Source: Cyanophora paradoxa CCMP329 (Eukaryota; Plantae; Glaucophyta). Taken from it: DNA of 64,000 nt. The stretch lies in assembly GCA_004431415.1 (NCBI GenBank), contig QPMI01000157.1, positions 62,001-126,000 on the forward strand, written 5' to 3'. This document shows positions 48,580 to 58,184 of this stretch, one piece after another. Within the stretch, counting starts at the first letter, position 1. Every line of letters starts with the position of its first letter. Below the pieces are notes generated by a model. The model was not told the origin of the DNA. It searched no databases and saw only the letters and a list, made by a program, of their open reading frames with translations. Position numbers and translations under genes: made by a program.

Positions 48580-49362
48580 ATGGGCGACTTGGACGAATTT
48601 AATGCTGGTGAGATGATAAATCCCCCTTTCCGCGTTTTGGCAATTGGCAAATCTGCTACTGGTAAATCAGAGGCTGTAAAGTATTGGCTCAAGCAGCTTC
48701 ATGATGCCAAAAAGATTGATGTCGTCCTTGTAATCAGTGGAACGGCTTTTAACAACTTTTGGAACAATGTAGCAAGTGTTCAGCTTGGCAAATGGGATGC
48801 TCCTTACATTGAAAAGGTTCTGGAAGATCGACAACAGAAAATAGAAAAAGGAGAGCCGATTAATCAACTCTTAGTTGTACTGGACGATCTAATTGATAAT
48901 GACTTGGTCGATCTCACTCGCGATAAAATAATCAACAAATTGTACTCTATGGGCAGACATTTGAAAATATCTATTATCTGTATCACACAAAAGCTAAGGA
49001 AAGTCTCATCGACCATTCGCGTCAACTCAGATTATGCTATGTTCCTAAGCGCTGCCAATAGAAAGGAGCTTGAAGCCATTGAGGAAGAATATAATATAAT
49101 GCGGGACAAAGATGTTTTCTATAAAATGTTTGAAGAATATGTACATTCCTATCAGTTTCTAATTTGGTCATCCGCCGATTATTCTGTGAAATATTTCGTA
49201 GATAAAGCGGATTTGGTCAAAGATTTCCCATTTCCACGGTTCCACAGGAAGCCAAAGAAGAAAGAAGATGAGCTTAAACCACCAGAGAAAGAAGAGGGGC
49301 GCAAAGAAGTGAAAAGCCAAGTTCATAGTAATAAGTTAATGCGATATAAACGCGGTCTATAA
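48580..49362 (+). CDS. A32-like (FtsK/HerA) genome-packaging ATPase
   Basis: Walker A GKSATGKS, Walker B LVVLDD, GRH...ITQ, IRVNSDY. Confidence 0.93.
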   Translation: MGDLDEFNAGEMINPPFRVLAIGKSATGKSEAVKYWLKQLHDAKKIDVVLVISGTAFNNFWNNVASVQLGKWDAPYIEKVLEDRQQKIEKGEPINQLLVVLDDLIDNDLVDLTRDKIINKLYSMGRHLKISIICITQKLRKVSSTIRVNSDYAMFLSAANRKELEAIEEEYNIMRDKDVFYKMFEEYVHSYQFLIWSSADYSVKYFVDKADLVKDFPFPRFHRKPKKKEDELKPPEKEEGRKEVKSQVHSNKLMRYKRGL

Positions 49363-49390
49363 AAATATCTCTCACTTTAATAAAGACACA

Positions 49391-50125
49391 ATGCCCCCCA
49401 AACGCAAAATAGGCATCCCTGCTGGGGCTGTTGGTTATTCAGGCGGTGGTAACAATGGCTCCATTAACACAGACCCGCTTAAATTCAATGGAATGAATGA
49501 GATAAAGCCCTCACAACAGCAAGAGGATCCCCTTAATGCCGCCTATGAGGAATCTTTTGATGACAAAGCCCCACAGACGTCCACCAGTGATCAGCTCAAC
49601 ATCTCCCCTGAAGCTTCTAAAATGAAGGCTGTAGGTGAGGGTGCCAGGCGAATTATAGGTGCTGCTGATGATAAAGGTCTTGGGCTCCAAGATCTATCAC
49701 TCACTCGCAAAGGTGAGGGTCTCAGTAAAGAATCCGACAAGGTTATCCAGTCTATGGCGGGTGAAGTCACATACAAGACTGCTCCCACCCAGAATATTCA
49801 TAGAGTTCCCAAGGCTCAATGGGACGAAATGACTGCCAAGCTTAAAGATCTGGAAGCCAAGTCCAGTGCCTTGGAGCAATATGTAACTGAGAAGAGAGAG
49901 AGATCCAAACTCAAGGAGATGCTTAGAAAGGAGGTGTTCAAAATGGGGATCACTGGAATTCCAGATAAACAGTTTATTGCCAAGAAAGAGACCCAAATTG
50001 ATGAGCAAGCAGTTGATGAAATGAAAACAAAGACCCAAAAGGGGACTATTGAGCCAGGTGCTACAAAGGCAGAGGTGGACAAAGGCGTAGCCCCCACAGT
50101 GTATAAACGACGGGTTTGGCTTTGA
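49391..50125 (+). CDS. Hypothetical protein, basic N-terminus, coiled coil
   Basis: 244-aa ORF with AT-rich upstream context in the gene-dense block. Confidence 0.7.
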   Translation: MPPKRKIGIPAGAVGYSGGGNNGSINTDPLKFNGMNEIKPSQQQEDPLNAAYEESFDDKAPQTSTSDQLNISPEASKMKAVGEGARRIIGAADDKGLGLQDLSLTRKGEGLSKESDKVIQSMAGEVTYKTAPTQNIHRVPKAQWDEMTAKLKDLEAKSSALEQYVTEKRERSKLKEMLRKEVFKMGITGIPDKQFIAKKETQIDEQAVDEMKTKTQKGTIEPGATKAEVDKGVAPTVYKRRVWL

Positions 50126-50153
50126 GAAAAAATAAACGTTTTTTCTATTATAA

Positions 50154-50384
50154 ATGGATGATACCATCAGTCTGGTTGAGTTCACCGTTGATAGTCCTGT
50201 AAGTGAGAGTTATATTAAGAGCGCTTTAGCAAACCAAAAAAGATACAGGGAAGACCCAGCATATAGAGAGGTTAAGAAACAACAAGCCTTGGCATCATAT
50301 TATCGCCGAAGGGCACAAAAAGAAGTGGTGAGGCCAATGGGGAGGCCGGCTAAATACTTTTTAACCACTGAGAGCAGCAACTGA
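50154..50384 (+). CDS. Small basic protein, possible DNA binder
   Basis: RYREDPAYRE...YY...GRP; resembles 57269-57460. Confidence 0.6.
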   Translation: MDDTISLVEFTVDSPVSESYIKSALANQKRYREDPAYREVKKQQALASYYRRRAQKEVVRPMGRPAKYFLTTESSN

Positions 50385-50409
50385 GTTATTTTGTCCTGTT
50401 ACTTGTAAG

Positions 50410-50685
50410 ATGTGGCAATGGCTCCAACAATTGCTGGATATGTTTCATATACATGTGACCAGCAATTATAAATGTAGCTGTTGTGATACTACTATTGACG
50501 TCAGCATTGGATCTTCCTCCCCAAGTGGATCCAGGAGTGGGTCTCCCTATGATGTGGTGCTGAGGACAGGGTCAACTGAGGGGCAAAGGGTAAGCTTGGA
50601 GAGCATTGAAGAGGTGACAGGGGAGCAATTTGCTCAGGCTGTAAGCAGCGCTTGGGATGAGTACCAAGGAAACCGTCTACATTGA
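50410..50685 (+). CDS. Hypothetical protein
   Basis: 91-aa ORF tightly packed with neighbours. Confidence 0.5.
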   Translation: MWQWLQQLLDMFHIHVTSNYKCSCCDTTIDVSIGSSSPSGSRSGSPYDVVLRTGSTEGQRVSLESIEEVTGEQFAQAVSSAWDEYQGNRLH

Positions 50686-50690
50686 ACACA

Positions 50691-50927
50691 TTATCTGCCA
50701 TCAGGGAAGGGGCTAATCTCATTTCCAAGCATGAGGAGATCGTTTGATATTTTTTGTAAAGCTGCTTTGATATGTGGAGACAGGGGGGCTATTCGATGAC
50801 CAAGGTTGTACAGTTCTATAGAGAGGCGATGTATGGAGTTACTCAGTTCTGAGCTTGGAGACGTCAGCGCCAAATATGAGAGTTCAAAGGACACCTCTAC
50901 AAGGCGAGTATGGATGGGAGTTGTCAT
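50691..50927 (-). CDS. Hypothetical protein
   Basis: 78-aa ORF convergent with the previous gene. Confidence 0.45.
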   Translation of the reverse strand: MTTPIHTRLVEVSFELSYLALTSPSSELSNSIHRLSIELYNLGHRIAPLSPHIKAALQKISNDLLMLGNEISPFPDGR

Positions 50928-51375
50928 AATAATCTACTTTTAGGCAGCATAAAAATGCGAAAGGGGCGGCTCTGCGTAGAGCTTGATGAGAGCTTCACAG
51001 GAAAAAAAAGAGCGCTCAAAACGGCCAATCTGGTGCCGAGATATTCGCGTTTGAAGTTCCTTAAGTGGCTCTAATTGAAAGTTTTAGAAACATTCTTATA
51101 GAGCTCTATAAGGAAAAAGCCGCCTACTGCTGTACGGTAGGCGCGAGGGCTCTACCGGTAGGCGAGTAGGCAGGGCCCTACTGTTCTACCGCCGGCGGAC
51201 TGTGCCTACCGGTCTGCGGTAGACACACGGGCTCGCCTACCACTGCGGTAGGCTGGCTCATATATATGTATATGATATATATGAAAAAAACCAAGTTTTG
51301 GTAAAAACTACAGCGCCGTGATCGCCATGACGCGGCGAGTCCGGAAAGCTATGTTATATATATATGTCATGTGAC

Positions 51376-53535
51376 TCAGAAGAGCCTAGTTTATGGTGCG
51401 GCTAGGCTTAGCCATGCGTGCTGTGCAGTTCTAGCAAGCTGGCGGCGAGAGCGAGCAGAGCTGGTATTCCAGGAGCAAGCACAAGTACAGGGTACAAGTG
51501 TATGTCCAGGACATCAGGTCCGGAGTGAGCCGCGCCGTATCCGTCGTGAGGTTCAGTGCCCGAAGCATGTACTCAGACTGTTCGATGATCACGCTGAAGA
51601 TGTAGGCCCGCGGGATTGCATCGTTCTCGACCAGAAGCGGTTGCGGTTCGCAGAAGGTCGTGCGGAGAGAGGCGTCATCTGTGGCACTGACGACGCTTGC
51701 CAGCAGCGTGCCCTGAGCGAGTGCCCTGGCCCGGAGATGGACAGAGACGCGAGGTATCAGCGCAGCCGTGTGCCGTAGCTTCGAGTCGACGTAATCGATG
51801 AGGACTTGCCCTTCTTCTGCCTCCAGCGCGGGAGGGAGCCTGTGCAATTCTCGAAGAGACTGGTGGAACAGTCGAACGCGTACAGCATGCGTGTCGCCTT
51901 GCGCCGTGACTGCGCGCAGCGTGGAGTGGTGGTGCAGCGGTGAGGTCGTGGCCCCCTCGCCTTTGCGAGCGTCCAGCGCCGTCTTGTAGGCCCGGGCCGT
52001 GTCGATCACTGAGGAAAGGATCGCGGTAGCCACCGAGTCCGTCGTGTAGCTTGCGATGCTCGCGTCGGTTGCGCTGAGGCCGAGGAACTCAAGGAAGGGA
52101 ACCGACGAAGTCAGGTCACGTAGAGTCACGAGCTCCGCCGGGGTGCTGTCGTAGGCCAGACAGGCGACAAGGTAGACTGCTGAGCGGAAGCGGGGAATGT
52201 GATGCAGCAACTGTGCGGCCTGCGCCTCGCGAGTGACCTTGTACGTGAGCGGGATCGGGCGCTTCTCGTCCTTGAAACGGGCCATGTCATCGTCGTTCAG
52301 CGGGCGCCTGCCGATCCGACGTGCAAGGTTGTTCTGGAACACGCCCGTGTTTGCGATGCCCACCGCGTCATAAGAGGCGGGGCACCACGCGACGGGGCGC
52401 TCGTCCGAGTACAGGTCTGCGTTGTCCAGCGCCGTCGTCATGAGCATGTACGATTGCTCACCTGGCCAGTAGATCGCGCAGCCTGGGGCAAGGGAGAATG
52501 TGTGGGCGGGGATCTCGCGAACGTCGGGAGGCGGGTGAAGTCTGCCGTGCTCGTCGGGTGCGATGTGGAGCCGCGCGCAGAGCTCCTTGCTGAACGACGT
52601 GTCCGTGTCCTCAGCCTCCTCCGGGGCCGTCGGCGTCGTGGTCGAGGGTCCCGCGGTCGGCGTCATGACTGTCGGCGCCGTCGGCATCGCGGCCGAGGGT
52701 GCGACAGCGGACGTTGTCACCGACGGGGCTGGAGTCATAGCCGGCGCCTTCGGCTGCACGGCCGAGGGCGTGGGGGATACGTCGCGGGCTTCGGAGTTGC
52801 GACTGCAACCTGTACCGTCGGCGGCGCGGCCGAGGGTGCGGTGGGCAGCTGGTCCGAAGGCATCGTCCCGCGCGGGCGCGCGGACGGTGGGCGCCACGAG
52901 CCGCCTGCAGCCGGGATGGCATCGTCCAAGCCGTCGCTTGCAGGGCGGGTTAACGAGACAGCAGCCGAGCCCGTCGGCGTTCCAGCTGGCTCGTCGTGGT
53001 CACTTGGCGACTCCTCGTCGCGGTCCTGGGCGCGCCGGCGGTACTCCTCGTTCCTCCGCCGCTGGTCCGTCTCCTCGTCCGCCGTGCGGAGGGCGGTGAG
53101 CTGCATGAGCGTCATGATGCGCTCGTTCGCATGCGGCACGATGTCGTCGAAGAACGGGAGAGGATCATCGTTGGCGAACTGAATGATCGCCCGCTCCACC
53201 TCCAGCTCCGACAGTCTTCTTAGCCGCACCATAAACTAGTCCCGGCGAGGGTCAGAAGAGCCTAGTTTATGGTGCGGCTAGGCTTAGCCATGCGTGCTGT
53301 GCAGTTCTAGCAAGCTGGCGGCGAGAGCGAGCAGAGCTGGTATTCCAGGAGCAAGCACAAGTACAGGGTACAAGTGTATGTCCCGGGGTGTGAGCCCGGG
53401 AGGGGTACATGAAAAGTAGTGGGGGTCCAATCGGCGCACTCATTGTGAGCGCTGCGGAGACTAAGGCCAAGCACTGCGAGTAGCGAGACTCGGGGCGCCG
53501 GCTCCTGACGGCCTAAAGCCGTGAGGCAATATGAC
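51376..53535 (-). mobile_element. GC-rich element with 132-bp direct repeats, nested in the repetitive insert
   Basis: 51376-51507 equals 53252-53383; it splits a gtcatgtgac|at junction that is intact at 53945-53960; possible TGAC duplication. Confidence 0.7.
51431..53232 (-). CDS. Unknown ~600-aa protein of the nested element (frameshift near 52900)
   Basis: ORFs 52735-53232 and 51431-52897 overlap on the same strand with host-like GC content; no RT or recombinase motifs seen. Confidence 0.55.
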
Positions 53536-53683
53536 ATTATGATATATCATATACATATATCATAATGGTATATACAAGTCGCTCAAATTTAAGTCATATA
53601 AGGTCTTATAAGAGTTGTCTTATATCTTATATGGTCTTTATAAGAATTCTTTTTCAAAATCTTATATGGTCTTATAAGATTTA

Positions 53684-53832
53684 ATGTGCGTACTTTAGCT
53701 GGTACGCAGGCCACTGTGCGTACCGTAGCGCAGTACGCAAGCCACTGTGCGTACCGTAGCGCAGTACGCAAGCCACTGTGCGTACCGTAGCGCAGTACGC
53801 AGGCCCCTGTGCGTACCGTGGCTCAGTACGCG
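53684..53832. repeat. 31-bp palindromic tandem repeat (~4.5 copies)
   Basis: gccactgtgcgtaccgtagcgcagtacgcaa at 53710, 53741, 53772 and 53803. Confidence 0.9.
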
Positions 53833-54031
53833 CGAACGTACATATGTATATGATATATATGAAAAAAAAACAAGTTTTGGTAAAAACTATAGCGCCGTGA
53901 TCGCCATGACGCGGCGAGTCCGGAAAGCTATGTTATATATATATGTCATGTGACATCATAATATATCATATACATATATCATTATGGTATATACATTTGG
54001 TATATGCGAAACTGAAAATATTCGTAGCTCG

Positions 54032-54436
54032 TCACCAGATCATCGTAAGGCTATGATGTTGGAGTCTATAAATATCTACTTTGTACGAGGAATCCAACGG
54101 TGATAGCGGCAAGGAGTGAATCGGTGATTTTAAGATGGGGTACTTACAATTTTCATGACTTTCTCCAGCTAAAATTTGCTTTGTGGAGTAGGGCATACCC
54201 TCCATGCCATAGTTATCACATATGATGTTCTCATATGCCTCCATCAATCTGCGCAATTCTTTACTTTTCTGGGGTTGATGTCTTGGGGGACTTCCTATAC
54301 TCATCATAATACTGCTGCCTGACTGCCTCCCACAGTTCAACCATGTCCTCAAGGGGATGTCATCATAGCTGCTATCTGAGTCCATGGTGGTACTGGTGGG
54401 CTTATGTAAGACTGTTTGGGGGGTTGGGGGTGTCAA
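54032..54436 (-). CDS. Hypothetical protein, 3' end possibly replaced by the insert
   Basis: 134-aa ORF; no recognised motif. Confidence 0.3.
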   Translation of the reverse strand: MTPPTPQTVLHKPTSTTMDSDSSYDDIPLRTWLNCGRQSGSSIMMSIGSPPRHQPQKSKELRRLMEAYENIICDNYGMEGMPYSTKQILAGESHENCKYPILKSPIHSLPLSPLDSSYKVDIYRLQHHSLTMIW

Positions 54437-54529
54437 GAATCAATTTTTGGTGGGCACTTGGGGGCTTGGGCTCTTCACCATGCTATATGAAGATGTCCTT
54501 AAGTGCTGGTGGCCTACAAGCAAGTGGGG

Positions 54530-54897
54530 TGGATTTTGGGGGGGTTAGGGGACTCAAGGAGAAGTTAGGGGGGGTTTCTGCCAACTGACGTCTTGTTGTT
54601 TAGGTTACCATTCTCAGTCTGGAAGGTGGGGTTTAGGGGGGGATTAGGGGGTTGTGGAGTGGGTAGGGGGGTATTCTCTCACAACTCTATATATTTCTGG
54701 CTTGTTGCTTAAAAATGAAAAGATTTGGAGGCTATAGGAGTTATATATCCCCCCCTAGGTCCCCTAACCCCCCTATGTGTATACATTATTACCATTTCTG
54801 GTCATAAAACAACCAGAAAGTAAAAAATGAAGGTCCCCCAGAAGGTCCCCCAGACGTCTTGAACCCCCCCCAAAAACCTATCATGAGCCCCCCCTAA
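54530..54897. repeat. G-rich then C-rich inverted repeat cluster downstream of the primase-helicase
   Basis: ttagggg(g) motifs followed by (c)ccccta motifs across an AT-rich spacer. Confidence 0.75.
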
Positions 54898-57165
54898 TCC
54901 TCCTCCTCTTCCAAAAATTCCACCAACAGCCCACAGCTCTTGAAGTAAGCCATCATCTCATCCCACTTGAAGACATAACACTCCCTTCCACAATACTTGG
55001 TAGGCCTCACATATTCCAGTCCAGCCATCTCAATGTAGAACTTCCTTGAGCTGAATTCATTCTTGAATTTATTAATTGTAATGAACTGCTGGAACCACTC
55101 CCACACCTGTTGCCTGTTCTCAGTCCTTGGTGTATCCTTGGTAATCTTTTGGGTGTCTACCAAATCCTTGGTGAACAAGGCAGTGACAGGAACACTTGCT
55201 TGTTGGGCAAGGTAGTAGCTGTTGGTCATTGGCCTGTCAGCATACCAGTTCACATCTGTGACATCCACCTTGTTTTTCAAGTAAAGGAATACCATGTGCT
55301 GGTTTCTTGGCTCCTTCAGCCAATTACCAGTGACTTGAAATATTTCATGTCACCCTTTTTCTTGTCACTCACCTCCACAATCACAAACCTTCTATCTCCA
55401 GCCTCCACTTTGATTGGTAGGGTGTTGTTGGTAGTAAATATGATCCTGGCAAAATTCCTCACCTCATGAGAATTGACATACTTAGCCTCAATTACAATTT
55501 TCTCAGCAGTGATCATGTCCTTGAGGGCATCACTGTTTGTGAAGGTGTCTTTGCCACTTGCCTCATTCACAGTGATAAGTAGTTTGTGCTTTCGCTGGTG
55601 GGCAAAGTTTCCAAATAAGTCCTTCAGTGGGTTGGCTGTGCTGAAAGCCAAGTCCCACCCAGTATTTCATTTTGAAACCAATCCAATATGATGTTCTTCC
55701 CCACTCCTTGCTTTCCCTTGAAGATGATTGAAATCCCATTCAACTCCCCAGGTCTCTGAATAATGTGGGCAAAGTACTTCAGTATGTAATTGAATGTAGA
55801 AGCATCTTCACCACTGAGAATCATCATGTGGTCAAGGAATGGGCTAACATCTTCCTCAGTTACATCAGGAGGAATATCCATTTCACTCACATCCATAAGC
55901 TCACCTTTCATACCAGCATAGGCATTAAACACCTTGGCAGTGGTGGAAGCAGATTTTACAGGAGGTGGGAGGAAGTCCAAGTAATCATACCTTGTGGCAG
56001 TCTCATCTTTCGCCCACTTTTTGATGAAGTTATGAGGCTCCATCTTCATAGACATTAGGTCAAACTCTGTGTACTGAATGTGAGGGTATACATCCTCAGC
56101 CAAGCTTTTGAAGCTGGTTGTGTCATACTTCTTGGTATGATCATTCCAAGACAAGACAAACCCAGGCTTCATAATGTGAGCAAGTCTGGCATCCATGTAG
56201 GGCTTGATCTCCATGTAATCACAGTTGGTAGGAATTGGAGCAGTCTTGTAATCAATGTTGGAAAGGGAAGCTTGACATTCAGGTACATCAAACCCACTGG
56301 CCATAGGTTTTTCCACAAAAGTCACCCTGTAGCCAGTTTTTCCCTCCACATAATCACTAACCTCTTCCAAAGCACTCAATACTTTGGGGTCTTTCCTGAT
56401 CATACATCCATCAAAGACCAAGACATCCACATGGAGCTTAAGAGCACTGAAGTACTCACAAGCAGCCATTAACACCTGATTCTCAAGGTCACATAGTACC
56501 ATATTCATGGTGGAACCAAGTACATTGCTTTCTTTCTTGCGCTTAGCAATAGCATAGAAGCGCTGCTTCTCAATCCCACCAATGAATTGATGGACTTTGG
56601 CCATTTCCTCTTTGAGATCACTGAAGTACTTGTGATTGATAAGTAGGCTAGAGAGGTCAGCCCCTTGCCCACCATTGATGACTGCCAGAATGCTGCGCTT
56701 GACATCAGCCTTGGATTTCTGGGTGACCTCACAGAGATCATCAAGAATTTCATCCCTGCTCTGAACATATTTGTTCAGCTGAGGAGTGGCAATTGAATGT
56801 TTCTCACAATACTGAACAAGCAGGACAGGGTGGCAGTTCACAATGTCAATGTCATAGTAGTAGTCCTTGGAAATGGTGTGGCGAATTTCCCTACAGATGC
56901 TTTGAAGGCTGGGGGTTTTTCCATCCACAAAGTACCTACCAGTGTTGTGCTTCACCTGCTTATATTTACAGGTGTGGTAGCCCTCATGATCGACGATAGA
57001 AAGTAATTTCTGGATGATGGCTCTCATTTGGGTCTTGTCAGTTTCAGGGCGAAACTGGAGATTATCAAAGTTCTCCACCACCCATTTGAGGTTACCTCTG
57101 TGGATGCGCTCAGTGAGAATGAAGGTGTTGCCATTGGGGTTGATTGAGCTGAATGAGGGAGCCAT
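54894..57165 (-). CDS. TVpol (PolA-related primase/polymerase) fused to D5-like SF3 helicase; two frameshifts (~55655, ~55320)
   Basis: YYDIDIVNCHPVLL, VLVFDGCMI (TVpol); GKQGVGKN, ITVNEA, IIFTTN, DRRF (SF3); three collinear ORF pieces. Confidence 0.85.
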
Positions 57166-57268
57166 TCTACAGTAGGGTGAGAAAATAATTTGATGATTCT
57201 ATTGACACCCTTGTCCTTAAGTAGTTTATAGAATCATTAAATAAAACAATCAATTTTTCGCAACCCCC

Positions 57269-57460
57269 TCAATACACCACTGTCCTTGGTCTGCCAACAA
57301 GGCACCTCCTTTCATCAAAGAGGTACCTCACGCAGGGAAGGGGGTCACCTTTGTAGTATCTGCTCCTCAGACTATTAAGCTTCATTCTCTCACGGAAAGC
57401 AGGATCTTGAGCACGGCGACGAGTCACATAGGCAATTTGAGATGCCGCATGGTATGCCAT
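57269..57460 (-). CDS. Small basic protein related to 50154-50384
   Basis: RRAQDPAFRER...YY...GRPR. Confidence 0.55.
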   Translation of the reverse strand: MAYHAASQIAYVTRRRAQDPAFRERMKLNSLRSRYYKGDPLPCVRYLFDERRCLVGRPRTVVY

Positions 57461-57515
57461 TTTAATTCTTGTTCCTCTACACTATAGGTAAGATTTTATT
57501 CTTTAAATGCTGATT

Positions 57516-58088
57516 CTATTCGGTATTTTGTGCCTCGGGCTTAATCTCATTGAGAGCGGCAAAGTCTCCATAGTGTTCAATTGCCGCCTGATTGTAGGCA
57601 TGAGCGGCTAAGGCTTCATTTTTGTAATACCCCAAAGAGAGCCTTTTGTCATTAATTGTAATCTGAGCACACCATTTACCCTCTCGTTTCTTGAAAGAAA
57701 CACCTTTATATTGACTGCTTGTATTGCTGCTTTTACTCCTATTCCTATTATTCTCAAAAGGATAGCATACCCTCAGATTACACTTCCTGTTGTCCAATTT
57801 ATCTCTGCTCACATGGTCGACAACCAACCCTTCTTTCAGTTCATTTGTCATTATCAATCGATGAGCATACAATACCAACCATTTCCCTTCATCTCGCCTT
57901 ACACTTGTCTTAGCATAACCATCCCCATCCAAACACCAGTTATATCTCATCATTGTAGGAGCATCTTCGATATCACATATCATATACTGGCCCCTTCCTT
58001 TGGCCCCTCCAAGTGGAACGTAGAAATATTTCATGGAGTCCACGTCGTCAAACTTGGTTTCAACCAAATCCTGATCAAAGGTTTCCAT
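57516..58088 (-). CDS. HNH endonuclease with AP2 DNA-binding domain
   Basis: HRLIM...VDHVSRDKLDNRKCNLR...N; SQYKGVS...WCAQI...LGYY...AAHAYN.AA. Start taken at METF. Confidence 0.92.
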   Translation of the reverse strand: METFDQDLVETKFDDVDSMKYFYVPLGGAKGRGQYMICDIEDAPTMMRYNWCLDGDGYAKTSVRRDEGKWLVLYAHRLIMTNELKEGLVVDHVSRDKLDNRKCNLRVCYPFENNRNRSKSSNTSSQYKGVSFKKREGKWCAQITINDKRLSLGYYKNEALAAHAYNQAAIEHYGDFAALNEIKPEAQNTE

Positions 58089-58184
58089 TTTTCGTCTACA
58101 ATAGACACACAAATTAATCTTCCAAATTCTACGCGGCATTTAAAGATTATTTTCGTACCTATATATAAGTACAACCCCCCAACC

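Larger units (their letters stand above)
50950..54100. mobile_element. Repetitive non-coding insert within the virus (boundaries approximate)
   Basis: ~115-bp block at 51260-51375 repeated at 53840-53954; palindromic cctac/gtagg and 31-bp repeat arrays; composition unlike viral genes. Confidence 0.55.

Noticed and set aside
53252-53535. Hammerhead ribozyme in the direct repeat (Penelope signature)
   Set aside because: No CUGANGA...GAAA core seen by eye on either strand.
53684-53832. CRISPR-like palindromic 31-bp repeats
   Set aside because: Repeats are contiguous with no unique spacers and there are no cas genes.
54540-54670. TTAGGG telomere-like motifs
   Set aside because: Scattered and non-tandem, with inverted partners; not a telomeric array.
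57711-58184. N-terminal extension of the pPolB ORF
   Set aside because: It overlaps the antisense HNH-AP2 gene; ATG 58185 after an AT-rich intergenic stretch is the better start.
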